Part shown: piece by piece, positions 51,441 through 64,000 of the stretch
Layout: each line of letters begins with the position of its first letter
Position numbering within the stretch: the first letter of the stretch is position 1
DNA from: Octopus sinensis
Lineage: Eukaryota
Assembly: GCF_006345805.1 (NCBI RefSeq)
Contig: NC_043005.1
Span: 107,384,001-107,448,000 of the forward strand
Reading direction: 5' to 3'
Length of the DNA stretch: 64,000 nt
Position numbers and translations under genes: made by a program
Notes under the pieces: model-generated
What the model was told of the DNA's origin: nothing
The model's database searches: none
Seen by the model: the letters and a program-made list of their open reading frames with translations, nothing else

Positions 51441-51748
51441 ATTTTACCGGGAAAGGGACTGTTTACGCGTGAATTCAATGTCACATTCGTCGAAAGAATA
51501 CGACATAACCTGGAAAAGAAAAAACTCAGGAAACAAAGCTCCATTGCTGGGAAACGCAGACTATCAAGGTGACCCAACGGGCCACATGTAGTATACATTA
51601 AAAAGAGAGACGATATATAGATATGTACAGGCATATATGAATGTATATGTGTATTTGCGTGTATGCATGTCGGGGGATGATATCTTTAACTGATATAATC
51701 GTTGAAATTTTAAACACCGTCGTGAGAAATCATAATGTGGTGGTTTTG

Positions 51749-52750
51749 AAACGATGTTGGCTACAATATTTGCTCACTACATCTTACGAAGGCACTTTCT
51801 TTTATCATTCTTGACTTTTATCATTGGATGAACTCACTACAGTTGGTTTTATCGTTAGCATATGTGAGGAAACCAGTCGATCGAAACGTGGCAGAAGTGT
51901 TCGGATTAAATTTGACAAATTTGACAATATTTATATCTCCTCTTTTCAGGTACAGCTTTATGTATTGGTGAACAGGAAACGGTATTTGAGGGTATAAAAA
52001 TTAAAACTGTAGTTGAGAAAAAAATTAGCTGACATGAAAGACTGGACGTCATTTGAATATTGGAAACGAGTTACTTGTATCATGGTGATTCTTCCCGCGT
52101 ATCAAAATGCCGATCCCATGACAGCTGCTTCCAAGCTCTGTGAACTCTGTAAAGGTTGGAGGACGTCGCGTGACACGGACAGCTGCAGCAGAGTTTGCGT
52201 AGCGTGGCCAGCAGGAAAGGACACAACAGGCGTTCTGGTTAAATGTGCACACCGGAGTTCATACTCACATCTTCGAACAGCGGCGACTCAACACAAACGT
52301 TTACGTGAAGCAGCAGGAGACAAAGGTCAAACCCTGGCTAGAGAGGGTTGCTGTGCAAAGGCCTTATGTCTGGCAGCAGGATTTTGACTCCTTGCCATAC
52401 TTCCAGAAAGTGTCAGAAGAGGATGTCGGAGAACTTTTGCGACTCCACTAATATCCTAATTCTCTCGATTGTAATTCCATAGATTATTGTGTGAGGGCCG
52501 CGGTCGAGAAAAAGTTTAGTTGCACCAATTATTGTCTTGTTGGAAACCGGTCTATTCATTTAAAAAGCAACAAACCACACCATTGTTCCTAAAATTATAT
52601 TTGAAAAGGAACTTCAACGATGTTGGCTACAATATTTGCTCACTACATCTTACGAAAGCACTTTCTTTTGAAAAGGAACTTAAACGATGTTGGCTACAAT
52701 ATTTGCTCACTACATCTTACGAAGGCACTTTCTTTTATCATTCTTGACTT
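51749..52750 (+). repeat. Three copies of a ~55-70-bp direct repeat (51749-51818, 52602-52669, 52670-52750)
   Basis: Shared core aacgatgttggctacaatatttgctcactacatcttacgaa.gcactttctttt. Confidence 0.9.
52050..52520 (+). mobile_element. maT-type transposase remnant, divergent subfamily
   Basis: Reads RLNTNVYVK..ETKVKPWLERVAVQRPYVWQQD...PNSLDCNSIDYCVRAAVEK, parallel to the 13.7 kb and 62.7 kb copies. Confidence 0.65.
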
Positions 52751-53105
52751 CTTCTACACCAGATGTATACATACAATATACAAGTATCATCGATGTCTTG
52801 TCGTAGATAGCTCAGTCAAGCATACTAGACCTCTCATGAGATTCATCCAACACTTGTCGTTTACGGCATGTTGTAGTCGTTGTGCAACGATGATCACATG
52901 AATCATCTTGGCCTTAATTATTTCTAGAATATATGGCACCGTTTGCCGTTATTTATAAACATCATGTGGTAATGTATCAAATAACTACATTGGCTCAATT
53001 TGTTTAGTTAGAAATATATACACACATGCATACTCACACGCATGCACGCACACACACACACACATACATGTATGTATGCATATAATTGTACGATGCACTA
53101 TAGGC

Positions 53106-53159
<54 letters not shown>

Positions 53160-53610
53160 GATTATTAGCCAACATCTCTTGTTACGATAAATGTAAGTAA
53201 TACATTAAGATTTCACGTAAAGAAAGGCATGTGTATATGCACATTTCGATGAATATTGCAATCTTCTTCATAACCCATATATATTGAAATGTTCTGCAGC
53301 ACACAATAGCTACGAAACCAAATACTATTATCTCAACAATACTTTAATGCTCTATCTCGCAGTTATGATGTCTTCAATAGGCAAAACGGACTACCGAGTT
53401 TACCTTAAAGCTTAATATGTTCGTTTTTGAAACGATGTGAGCGTGGATAATTAAAGAGTGTCTCGAATTACCACTGAAGGATCCTACAAGAATCAAAACG
53501 AGCATGTACAATTTTCCCACTTCTTCTGTCCCTGTCTACGAACTTTTTTATAGACGTCTTGTTTATATTTCCTGTACTGTATTGAATTGGCTAACATATC
53601 CGTATGTATA

Positions 53611-53674
<64 letters not shown>

Positions 53675-53705
53675 CTATATATATATATATTATATATATA
53701 TATAT

Positions 53706-53765
53706 ATTTATTTTATAGAAGGAGCTTTTTATATTTTATATTGAAGCTCCTTCTATAAAATAAAT
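53706..53765. repeat. Hairpin with perfect 22-bp arms next to (TA)n
   Basis: atttattttatagaaggagctt / aagctccttctataaaataaat, 16-nt spacer. Confidence 0.9.
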
Positions 53766-53945
53766 TAAATTAATAAATTAATTTACTCTGCTATGTATTG
53801 AGTACCTTATTTACTGTGGTTAACCCCGACTCAACCCGGGACCTACATATATATATATATATTATATATATATTATATATATATATATATATATACTATA
53901 GTGCATTACAGAATTGAAACGAATCCTAAGGAAGTACACCTATAT

Positions 53946-54164
53946 ATATTTCTTTATTGCCCACAAGGGGCTAAACATAGAAGCGACAAATAAGGACAGA
54001 TAAAGGGATTAAGTCGATTACATCGACCCGTGTGTAACTGGTACTTTATTTACCGACCCCGAAATGATGAACGGCAAAGTCGACCTCGGCGGAATTCGAA
54101 CTCAGAGCGTAACGACAGACGAAATACGGCTACGCATTTCGCCCGGCGTGCTAACGTTTCTGTC
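53946..54164 (-). mobile_element. SINE family A, slightly 5'-truncated, with TSD
   Basis: 13-bp direct repeat agtacacctatat at 53933-53945 and 54165-54177. Confidence 0.9.
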
Positions 54165-54914
54165 AGTACACCTATATTATAATGCGTTTATTTATGTGTT
54201 TACGAATACATGTACCTACGCACACATATATATGTATGTGTCTATTTGTATTTATGCTTATATGATTATCTATGTATGTATGCATATGTGTAAGTTCAAC
54301 TCTCTCTCTGTTTATATATGTAAATATGTGGGTTTGTGTTTGTGTGTGTGCTTTTGTTGCGCACATATATTTATGCGTGTACAGTTTTTAAAGTTATAAG
54401 AGTTATTAACTTAATAATGCAAAACGTCATGATGTAAGACCCAAGCGCCATTTTCCCAATGATATACCGATGTAAAATGCAACAATTGCAACATATAGAT
54501 TGACATTTAATGCGTCACTCAGGTCGGTTAGCGACCTTTATAATGGTTGATAATTGTATTTTATTATTTGTTATATGTTTTATTCTATATTTCCTAAAAT
54601 ATGACCCAGCATCATGATGTCATGAATGCCTGTATTCAACATAAGAAATACACGAGCAGCGAACTTGAGAAGACGTTGGGATTCGGTAAGTTTAATCCAG
54701 TGATGGAACAGTTTAGTTATAAAATGTGTAACAAAGATAATATCAACAGTTTTTAAATGAGAAAATATTGAATGAGGCAAAGTTGTTTCTGTATAAGATC
54801 CCAGAAATGTGTAGCGTGCATGTAAAGATAGCAGACAATTGAAGATGGTGCATAACGACCAGTCAAGTGTGACAAGAAAGAGTAATTTATATATATATAT
54901 ATATATATACATAC

Positions 54915-54958
<44 letters not shown>

Positions 54959-54994
54959 TGTGTATGTGTGTGTATATGTCAAGTACTTCCAATT

Positions 54995-55160
54995 CTTATC
55001 AACTATGCTTACGTTCTGAGTTCATACTCCGTGAAAGTCGACTCTTACTTTCATCCTTTCGAGGTCGATAAAAGAAGAACCAGTTGAACATTAGGGTTTA
55101 TGTAATCAAGTTACCTCCTCCGCAAAAATTGGTGGCGTTGAGCAAAACTTTTAAGCAAAT
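54995..55160 (+). mobile_element. SINE family A partial (alternative tail)
   Basis: tacgttctgagttca.actccg.gaa.gtcgact...ctttcatcctttcgaggtcgataaa. Confidence 0.65.
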
Positions 55161-56419
55161 ATTTATCAATTATAATTTCGTATTAAACACCATGTACTTT
55201 TGTTACTTTGTCTCGAAAATTTCCTGAATTTCTTTTTATGATGACACAGAGTCGTTGAAACACTGCAAATGTCTTTCACCATAGTTAAATAACTGTCTTT
55301 GTTCACTGTTTACCTTTAACATTTCTTCAGCTACACAGAAAATGGACGTGAACTCGTTTTATTCACGAGTTTTTTTCCGTCATTTCCTTCGAAGTGGTTC
55401 ACTACGATTCAAACATTCGGTTCAGATCTTCTGCTTCTTTTCATTTCTTCTTCATTTTCTTCGATCCATATGCATAGAACTTCAAATGGATAATGATCAC
55501 AGAATATTCCTTCTACCACAAAACCATTTAAAAAATGCTATTACTTTCAGTCAGTGCTAGAAGTATCCCATCGTCAGCTACCGTGCAGGAAATCGCAGCC
55601 AAATCACTCAGAAATCATATCTCACCGTTTTAAATAATAAAATTGCACAAAGGATAAAGTATTTTAACATGCCATTGAAAAGATGTGACGCTGACAACTG
55701 GAATGCCTTTGATCATGGTTGTCTTTGGTTAAGCAACGACCACAGCCTCATCTTTGCCATCATCATTATAGCCATTAGCATAACAGTTGTTTTACTTTCT
55801 GCTACTTCAAATTTCCATTTGTGTATTGTTTATTAGTATCCTTCCTGATCCAGCATCATCCTGTATATGAGACCGAGCATTTACAAATATGATTTGATCT
55901 TCTCTTTCCTATGTCTTCATTGATTTTGTCTCTGCCATACGCATTCCAGTATTAAATCCCTCAACCACATAAAAATGAAATGATGCATCGCTTTTCCTTC
56001 AGAAACACTACTTATACTACCCCACCCCGGACTGCTTCTACACACAACTGTCCATAATATAGCTTCTTACTAGATTAAACCTTAAAGCTAATGATTATAT
56101 GAATAAGAAGAGATACACCCTGATTTCAAAATCCCCCAATTTCACTTTAGACCTTAACACTGCATTTGTGTTTACTTATATTTCAAAATCCCAATGGAAG
56201 GGTTAAGATGCTTTTGATGAATACAGTAAAGCTTAGCATTAGATCCAGCCAAGTCAACTTAAGCTGTCATCTTTATTTTCCAATGATGATACAGTAAATA
56301 CCAGTAATTTATTGAGATAACTTCTCAATATTGTGACAGTTTGACGGATAACTACGCCCAACACACCACCGTATACACGTGCCTGTATATATATACATAC
56401 TTATACCATTATCCTATTC

Positions 56420-56474
<55 letters not shown>

Positions 56475-57445
56475 AGAGAGAGAGATAGATAGAGAGAGAT
56501 AGAGAGAGAGACTTACACACACACACAGATGCACACACTCAGATATAGAAAAAAGTGAGAGATCGATAGATAGACGTTACAGATATAAAAAGAAACATAA
56601 ATTTATACATACATATATATATATATACTTATACATACGCACATACGTGCACACAAACACACACACACACATATGTATAGAACCATATACATAGGCTGTA
56701 ATACTTGCACAAGCAAAACCTAATTTTGGGAATTAAAAGCAAAACCAAGCAAATAACAGAATGGCTAGAACATTCGTCGACGACGAATTTCTATATGGAA
56801 TTACTTCTCGTAGAATCAGTTGCATTCAAACACGTTGCTTAAACTACCTTATCCGCCTTAATTTTTTATTATTTTTTTCAAATCCTTCTATCTCTTGGTG
56901 CACAAGATGAAACAGTGTATTTCTTAGACGGCATTATTCGTCCGTCCATCACTTCCATCAGGTGATAGAGAACTCTTAGAAAATTAGAGATTCTTTGGAA
57001 TAGACAGATAGTGACAGAGACACCGAAAGGCGGAAATACGTACAGATATGCCAAAAACACGCAAGCACACATATGCATACAGCTGGAATTTTATCTAGCT
57101 TTTCACTCTTGGATCTTAAAACACTTAAATATTGTTTCGCTTCCTTCACCAAGTATGGTATCAGGCTCCATCTCGGCACTTCTGCCACCGACACTAATAA
57201 TACATTGACAATACGACCAGCATCACCACTACCGCCAACACCAACAGCAACAGCAACAGAAACAACTGCCGTGTCAACAACAACAGCAACAACAAACTAA
57301 CAATTACAACAAAAACAATATTACAAAATAAACAGCACCGCAATAAGTACGGAAATATACATAGAAGAAGATAAATAAATACACATAAAAAAGCTAAAAT
57401 ATAAATATATGCTTACGAACACATATGCATATATATATGTATATA

Positions 57446-57501
<56 letters not shown>

Positions 57502-57596
57502 TATACATATAGATATATATATATACATATATATATATATACATATATATATACACACATATATATATATACATACATACATACATACATGCATAC

Positions 57597-57627
<31 letters not shown>

Positions 57628-58396
57628 CACACATATATATACATATATATATATACATACATGCATGCATACATATATATATACATATATGTATATATAT
57701 ATATATACATATATGTATACATATACATACATATACATACATGTACACACATATATTTAGACAGAAAGAAAAAAGAAAGAAAGAAAGAATATAATGCCAA
57801 TCTTAATATTTTTCATGTAAAGCAAGTGGCTTTACTGGCGTTGTAATTACTTCAATATCAATATCAAGCTGGTTCTTTTGAGTTTAATGTCCGATGTCTC
57901 ATGTCACAGTTTTATCCCATGAGGGTGAAGCCAAACCACACAGTGGGAAAGAAAGGCAAAACCTTTTGAGTTCAATGAGTCAGCTCCCGGAGTTTTCTGC
58001 TATTAGGTTTATATTTGTCATAAGCCCCATGAAGAAGATTAGATATGGTGTTTTTGAGAAGGGGAGGGTGCCATACCGAATTTCAGGAAACTAAAGGAAG
58101 AAAACAAGAAAAAAATAGTTGAAACTCATGCGTAAAGACCTTTCCGAAAAGAAATAAAATAATAAAGAAATATTATGGGAAAGAAAGTATAAATAAAAAG
58201 TAAACATTTCCATGAGAGATATATAACCCCATCACAAAGAAAAATAAGCCAGAGCTACAACAATAATTACACAAGAAGAGTTACAACGACAAAGTTTATA
58301 TGTGTATATATATATATCCGTCTGTGTGTGTATACATATAAATATATACGTATATATATATTTATATATATGTACATATATATAAATATACATATT

Positions 58397-58459
<63 letters not shown>

Positions 58460-58518
58460 CATGTATATGCATATATATATATATATATAGAGTAATATAT
58501 ACATATCTATATACATAG

Positions 58519-58550
<32 letters not shown>

Positions 58551-59159
58551 ATAAACATAGATATATACTAATATACATATACGCATATACATATTATGTA
58601 TGTATACATTTACGTGTGTATTCACATAAATATATGTATGTATTTATGTGTGGGGGTGATTAAATTTGCAGAAAATGTAGAAATATAGCAGCAACAAAAG
58701 TTTACAATTACAACATCAACAATAATGTCAACAACAAACTAGCAAACAATAAGAGAAAATCTAGAGAAATTACAAAAAAAAAACAAGAAGAAGAAGCAAA
58801 AATAGCGAAACGAAAAAGGAGGAAAATAACCAACAAAATATTCAACGAAAATAATATAAAGAAAATGTAACAAAACAACTATGAACACAACAACAACTAC
58901 CACAGCTACCAATGCTAATACTGCCACCACAGCAACTGCTGCAACAGCAACAACTATCTATAACAACAATGACAATAACAACGATGTCGACTAGTCAAAC
59001 GAATGTCAGAATAAAAAGCAAGTTTCATATTCTTAGTCGTAGCTTTGATTCTACAACGGACCATTTGGAAAATTCACTGGATTTTTCGTTTTGCATATTT
59101 ATTTGTCACATTTTATTTTATTTTTTGCTTTAAGACATTATTGTCATTGCTGTTGTCGT

Positions 59160-59224
59160 TATTATAATAATAATAATATAATAATAAATAATAATAATAA
59201 TAATAATAATATAATAATAATAAT

Positions 59225-59260
<36 letters not shown>

Positions 59261-59321
59261 ATTATTATTATATATTATTATTATTATTACTATTATTATT
59301 ATTATTATTATATTATTATTA

Positions 59322-59362
<41 letters not shown>

Positions 59363-59700
59363 TATTATTAATATTATTATATTATTACTATTGTTATTGT
59401 TATTATTGTTATCATTATTATCATCATTATTATCATTATTATTATTATTATTATTATAGCCATCATCATCATCATTATTATTATTATTATTATCATTATT
59501 ATAATTATTTTTATTATTATTATTATTATTGTTACTATTATTATTATTATTATTACTATTATTATTATTATTATCATTATTATTATCCCTATTATTACTA
59601 TTCTTTTCATTACTATTATTATTATTGTTATCATTATCATTATTACTATTATTATTATTATTATTATTATTATTATCATTATTACTATCATCATCATTAT
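59160..59700. repeat. (AAT)n switching to (ATT)n; long A/T-rich trinucleotide tract
   Basis: Strand switch at ~59243 (aataataat|attattatt). Confidence 0.9.
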
Positions 59701-60134
59701 CATCACAATCGTCATCATTGTGTTTGTTTTCATTTTGCTTATTGTTGTTGACGTTGATACTATTAATAATGTTATTGTTACGGTTGATGTTATTGGTTCT
59801 GAAGATGTGTAGCTGTTGTTGTTGCTGCTCTCGTCGTTGATGTTATTGTTCTTTATTTGTGTCTGTTGTTACCTTTTGTTGTTTGTTTTTGTTTTCGGCA
59901 AGACTTAAGCCGCTTCTACTATACATTCATTGTGAATATGTTAGCATCCTCAGTCAATCTCTGTACCATGCTGGTGACCAAAACCAGAATCTAATCCATT
60001 ACAATGTGTCTTTATATTCTCATACTATTTCTGAACATATAAATGCAAATATATATTAGACACACGCACATACGCATATGTATAATGTATGATATATATA
60101 TATATATATATATATCTATATATATATATGTATG

Positions 60135-60188
<54 letters not shown>

Positions 60189-60426
60189 ATGTATGTATGA
60201 TATATATATATATATATATATACATATATATAGGTATGTATATATATGTATATATATATCTATATGTATGTGTATTTATATATACATATATATACACAAA
60301 CACATATATATATATATACATATAATATCATATATCATTTATATAATATTCATTTGAAATAATAATCCAAAGATCTCCGCTCTCTATCTAATTCCAACTT
60401 ATAGAAAATGAAAATGGACATAGTAC

Positions 60427-60484
<58 letters not shown>

Positions 60485-62039
60485 GTAAAATAATATCAAA
60501 AGTTTAATACCGTAGAAGATATTTATATCGTAAATGGCTTCTCCAAAAACCATCTTTCCCCGTCATTCTTATCATTCGTATTTGATTCTGTCACTTAAAG
60601 TAATGCCATTTTCCTTATCCTCCCATGCCATTCTAATGACCTGTATCAATGGCAATGGAAACACAAGCCATTCCGTAGACAAATATTTCCGACGTGAGCT
60701 GGCATTGCTGACAAACAGCAGCTCTGATGGCCAGATTTATTTTCTTATAACTTTTATAATAATAGTAACAATAATAATAATGCTCTTATTTACTTATTTA
60801 TTTCTATATTATTTACATATTTCTTTCATTTGAGAATGCAATTTCTATGTCCATCTATTTGTTCTTTATCATTTATAATGCGGGTTTCATAGATTTGCAA
60901 AGTTAAGCGTTTATTATTATTTGTATGCATTATACCGTCTACATATGTGATACTGGTCAAGAGTGAAATAATTATTTATTACATACTGTCATCTTCACCA
61001 TTCTCACCGAGTTACTTCTCTGTACATTACCAATTATTAAGAGATTTCTAACAGATAACTCAAATGTCTAATTTTGGTCAAAGTGGATATCTTGATATAT
61101 ATTTTAACTTCATAAATATTTCACATGAAATCTAAATATGAATTATCACGCTGCATTGGTTGCATATTTAAATATTAAAATGATGGTTTTAATTATTTTA
61201 AATATTATCAACATCTCAAATAACCACAGTAATTTTGAATAGAGAAATCAACTAAAATCAATTTTGGTGATAGCAACCATGTTGTACTGTTTATGCAAGG
61301 AAGACAGCATCCCAGACATTTTTTTTCAAATTTCTGAGCCGTTAGTGATTATTTGGCAGGTTTGTATCAATTGTCTTTCCTTTATAACCATATGGAAATA
61401 GTGCCAAAAAACATTGATTAGGAACCAGATATGCGATAAATTAACAGTTTAAATATAAAGGGACAGATTTCGATTTGCATAACCTTATTCTCTAGGAATA
61501 AGGAAGTACATCAAATACTTGTGCGTATTTAATCATCACCATTGGCAGAGTAAGCTTCCTCACAGTTTGTAAGTTTCATGATTTAAATTCAACAATTTAT
61601 GTTATCACACCTTATCAGACAAGTCTGACACATAAGATATCAACAGACTAAATTTTAGCAAAGATTACGTATCATATATAAGACTATCGCATTACAAGTC
61701 ACAATACAGAGACATCTCATGTAGTTAAACAGGCAAACGTATCGTTATAAAAACGATAAGCAAGAGGCTGAAGACCTGTCAGACCTGCATAGCTTTCTTG
61801 CATCAAAGTTCTGTTTCTAATGAATTTTAAGATAAGAATTTACTTCTAGATCAGGAATGTTAACCCAAAATGTCAACATCAAAATCTCCGAACGAAGGTG
61901 TGTCAAACATATAGTAAAATAGACTCTCCTTAGCGCATAAGGCATGTCACACAATAATAAAATAGACTATTCTTAGTGCATGAGCACTGAAGAATTATCC
62001 AATACAGATATCGAAGATAAATTATATTTAATTTGAGGT

Positions 62040-62272
62040 AAATCGGCGATCTGGTAGAATCGTTAGCACGCCGGGCGAAATGCGTAGCCGTATTTCGTCT
62101 GCCGTTACATGCTGAATTCAAATTCCGCCGAGGCCGACTTTGCCTTGCTTCCTTTCGGGGTCGATAAATAAAGTACCAGTTACGCACTGGGGTCGATGTA
62201 ATCGACTTAATCCCTTTGTCTTTCTTTGTTTGTCCCCTCTATGTTTAGCCCCTTGTGGTTAATAAAGAAATA
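62040..62272 (+). mobile_element. SINE family A, full length with TSD
   Basis: 17-bp direct repeat tatatttaatttgaggt at 62023-62039 and 62273-62289. Confidence 0.9.
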
Positions 62273-62321
62273 TATATTTAATTTGAGGTGATGACCTGAG
62301 CCCAATATGTGTGCGTGTATA

Positions 62322-63035
62322 TACAGGGTGCAGTAAATGAATTGCCGTAGAAATTACGCAAAATGAAAAATAATACTGACATCTCATTTTAATAGAGATA
62401 TTTACCAAAATTACATAAGAATATCTTGAAATACTAAAAAGTAAATGTATTCAATATAATTGCCATTGACATCAACAACGGCCTCCAAACGACTGCGGGA
62501 TCTTTTGCAACTCTTCTGGACGGTCTCCTTGTTTAAGTTGGTGAATGTTGCCATAATCCGTGCCTTCGGTTTTCTTTGGTGTTACAAGGAATTTTGTTGG
62601 TCTTCCGCTCAACTTTGCCCTACATATAATAATCAAAGGGGATGCAGTTTGCAGAGTTAGGTGGCCAGAAGTTGTCTGACAGCCGTGACTGTGTTCTCCC
62701 TATATCTGTTGCCAGACATAAGGTCTTCCAGTAGCCACCCTCTTGACCCAGAGCAGCACTACCTCCTCCAAGCAGTTGATGTAATCCTCCGTGTTGAATC
62801 TAAGACCATGTGAGAAGATGAATGGAGGCATAACTTTGCCAGCACTAGTAATCGCTCCAAACACCATGATGTTGACTAGATGTTTGATTTTATCACTCTT
62901 AGTACATGTCCTCATATTGCACTGTCCTCAGATAGACACTCTAACACTACAGTATATTGTTTCCAAATTTCTGGCAGATTGAATTGCGTCATGGTGCTGT
63001 TTTTATGTCATGTGGTGCCCAACTAACCCTACTAT
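62322..63035 (-). mobile_element. maT-type (D,D37D family) internally deleted transposon
   Basis: End TAcagggtgcagtaaatgaattg. Minus strand [12 protein letters not shown]...IMVFGAITSAGKVMPPFIFSHGLRFNTEDYINCLEEVVLLWVKRVATGRPYVWQQ, homologous to the 13660-14250 copy. Confidence 0.85.
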
Positions 63036-63169
63036 ACAGTGTTATCGACAAAGTCAAAAACTAACAATGCGCGAAATTAAAAATATAAAATGGCAAACTT
63101 TCGCCCATCGCACCCCTGTATGTATATATGATATGTGTTTATATGTATGTATGTATGAATGTATGTATG

Positions 63170-63279
<110 letters not shown>

Positions 63280-63520
63280 GCACACATACATACAAACGTA
63301 CGTGTACACATACACATATATTCATGTAACTATATATATGTGTCCCCGTGGTAATGACTGCGAAGTTGTATTATTTAGCATTGGATTAAATACATTTGTA
63401 CATAATAAATACCAGGCTAAATTTAAACTTAGTACTCTCTATATCATGGACTAAACGAAACTTGAACAGGTGCCCCCTATAGTATCAATCCCGTTATTGA
63501 AACCACAAAATACCAGTTCA

Positions 63521-63568
<48 letters not shown>

Positions 63569-64000
63569 TGTGTGTGTGTGTGTGTGTTTGAAATATCCGC
63601 ATACTCTTGTAATACATAATAGTTGTTAATAAGAGAGAGAGAGAGAGATAGAGAGAGGGGGAGAAAGAGGGAAAGATTTACCAGTGTATTGGAACGTAAC
63701 ACCTTTCTGGTAGATCCCGACCCCCCGATGAAATAGCCAGTTAACCAGTTTGAATATGAACATTTTTAATTAATTTAATTTCTCTAATTGAATTCATTGG
63801 CTATGGAAACGGCTGTAGGGATAAGAATTTCATATCATATTAATTGAATATCTTTGAATAAATGTCAATATGTCAATATTTCAATTTCTCCATTTTCTTC
63901 TTTTTCTCATTCACACACACACAATCATACACACAGAGAAAAACACAAGCACACACATATATATTTATACAAATATATATGCATATATTTATATATATAT

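Noticed and set aside
60530-60740. Non-repetitive segment with a hydrophobic minus-strand peptide (EIFVYGMACVSIAIDT), suggestive of a GPCR helix
   Set aside because: No convincing splice sites, an in-frame stop follows, and there is no DRY-like motif.

Overview
AT-rich, microsatellite-saturated eukaryotic non-coding DNA (intergenic or deep intronic). By composition and repeat content it is most consistent with an Octopus-type coleoid cephalopod genome; this is an inference, not database-checked. No host protein-coding exon can be supported. Nearly all ORF-track entries are translations of (TA)n/(CA)n/(AAT)n/(GAA)n tracts. The real content is a layered transposon landscape. Penelope-like elements: a young 5'-truncated RT-C-term+GIY-YIG copy at 24.85-26.67 kb, an older RT-core copy at 18.4-19.3 kb, and many solo termini carrying minimal hammerhead-like cores. 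LINE fragments: RTE/BovB-like with a nested TIR-intact mariner deletion derivative, Hero-like RLE, and CR1/L2. DNA transposons: Mos1-type mariner and three maT-type (D,D37D) fragments. SINEs: at least four tRNA-head families, several with clear 12-17 bp TSDs. There is also a ~550-bp element found only inside (AAT)n tracts. The most unusual structures are fold-back palindromes at element ends: a 261-bp near-perfect palindrome with a hammerhead-like core, a 118-bp hairpin, and two ~60-bp perfect-arm hairpins.
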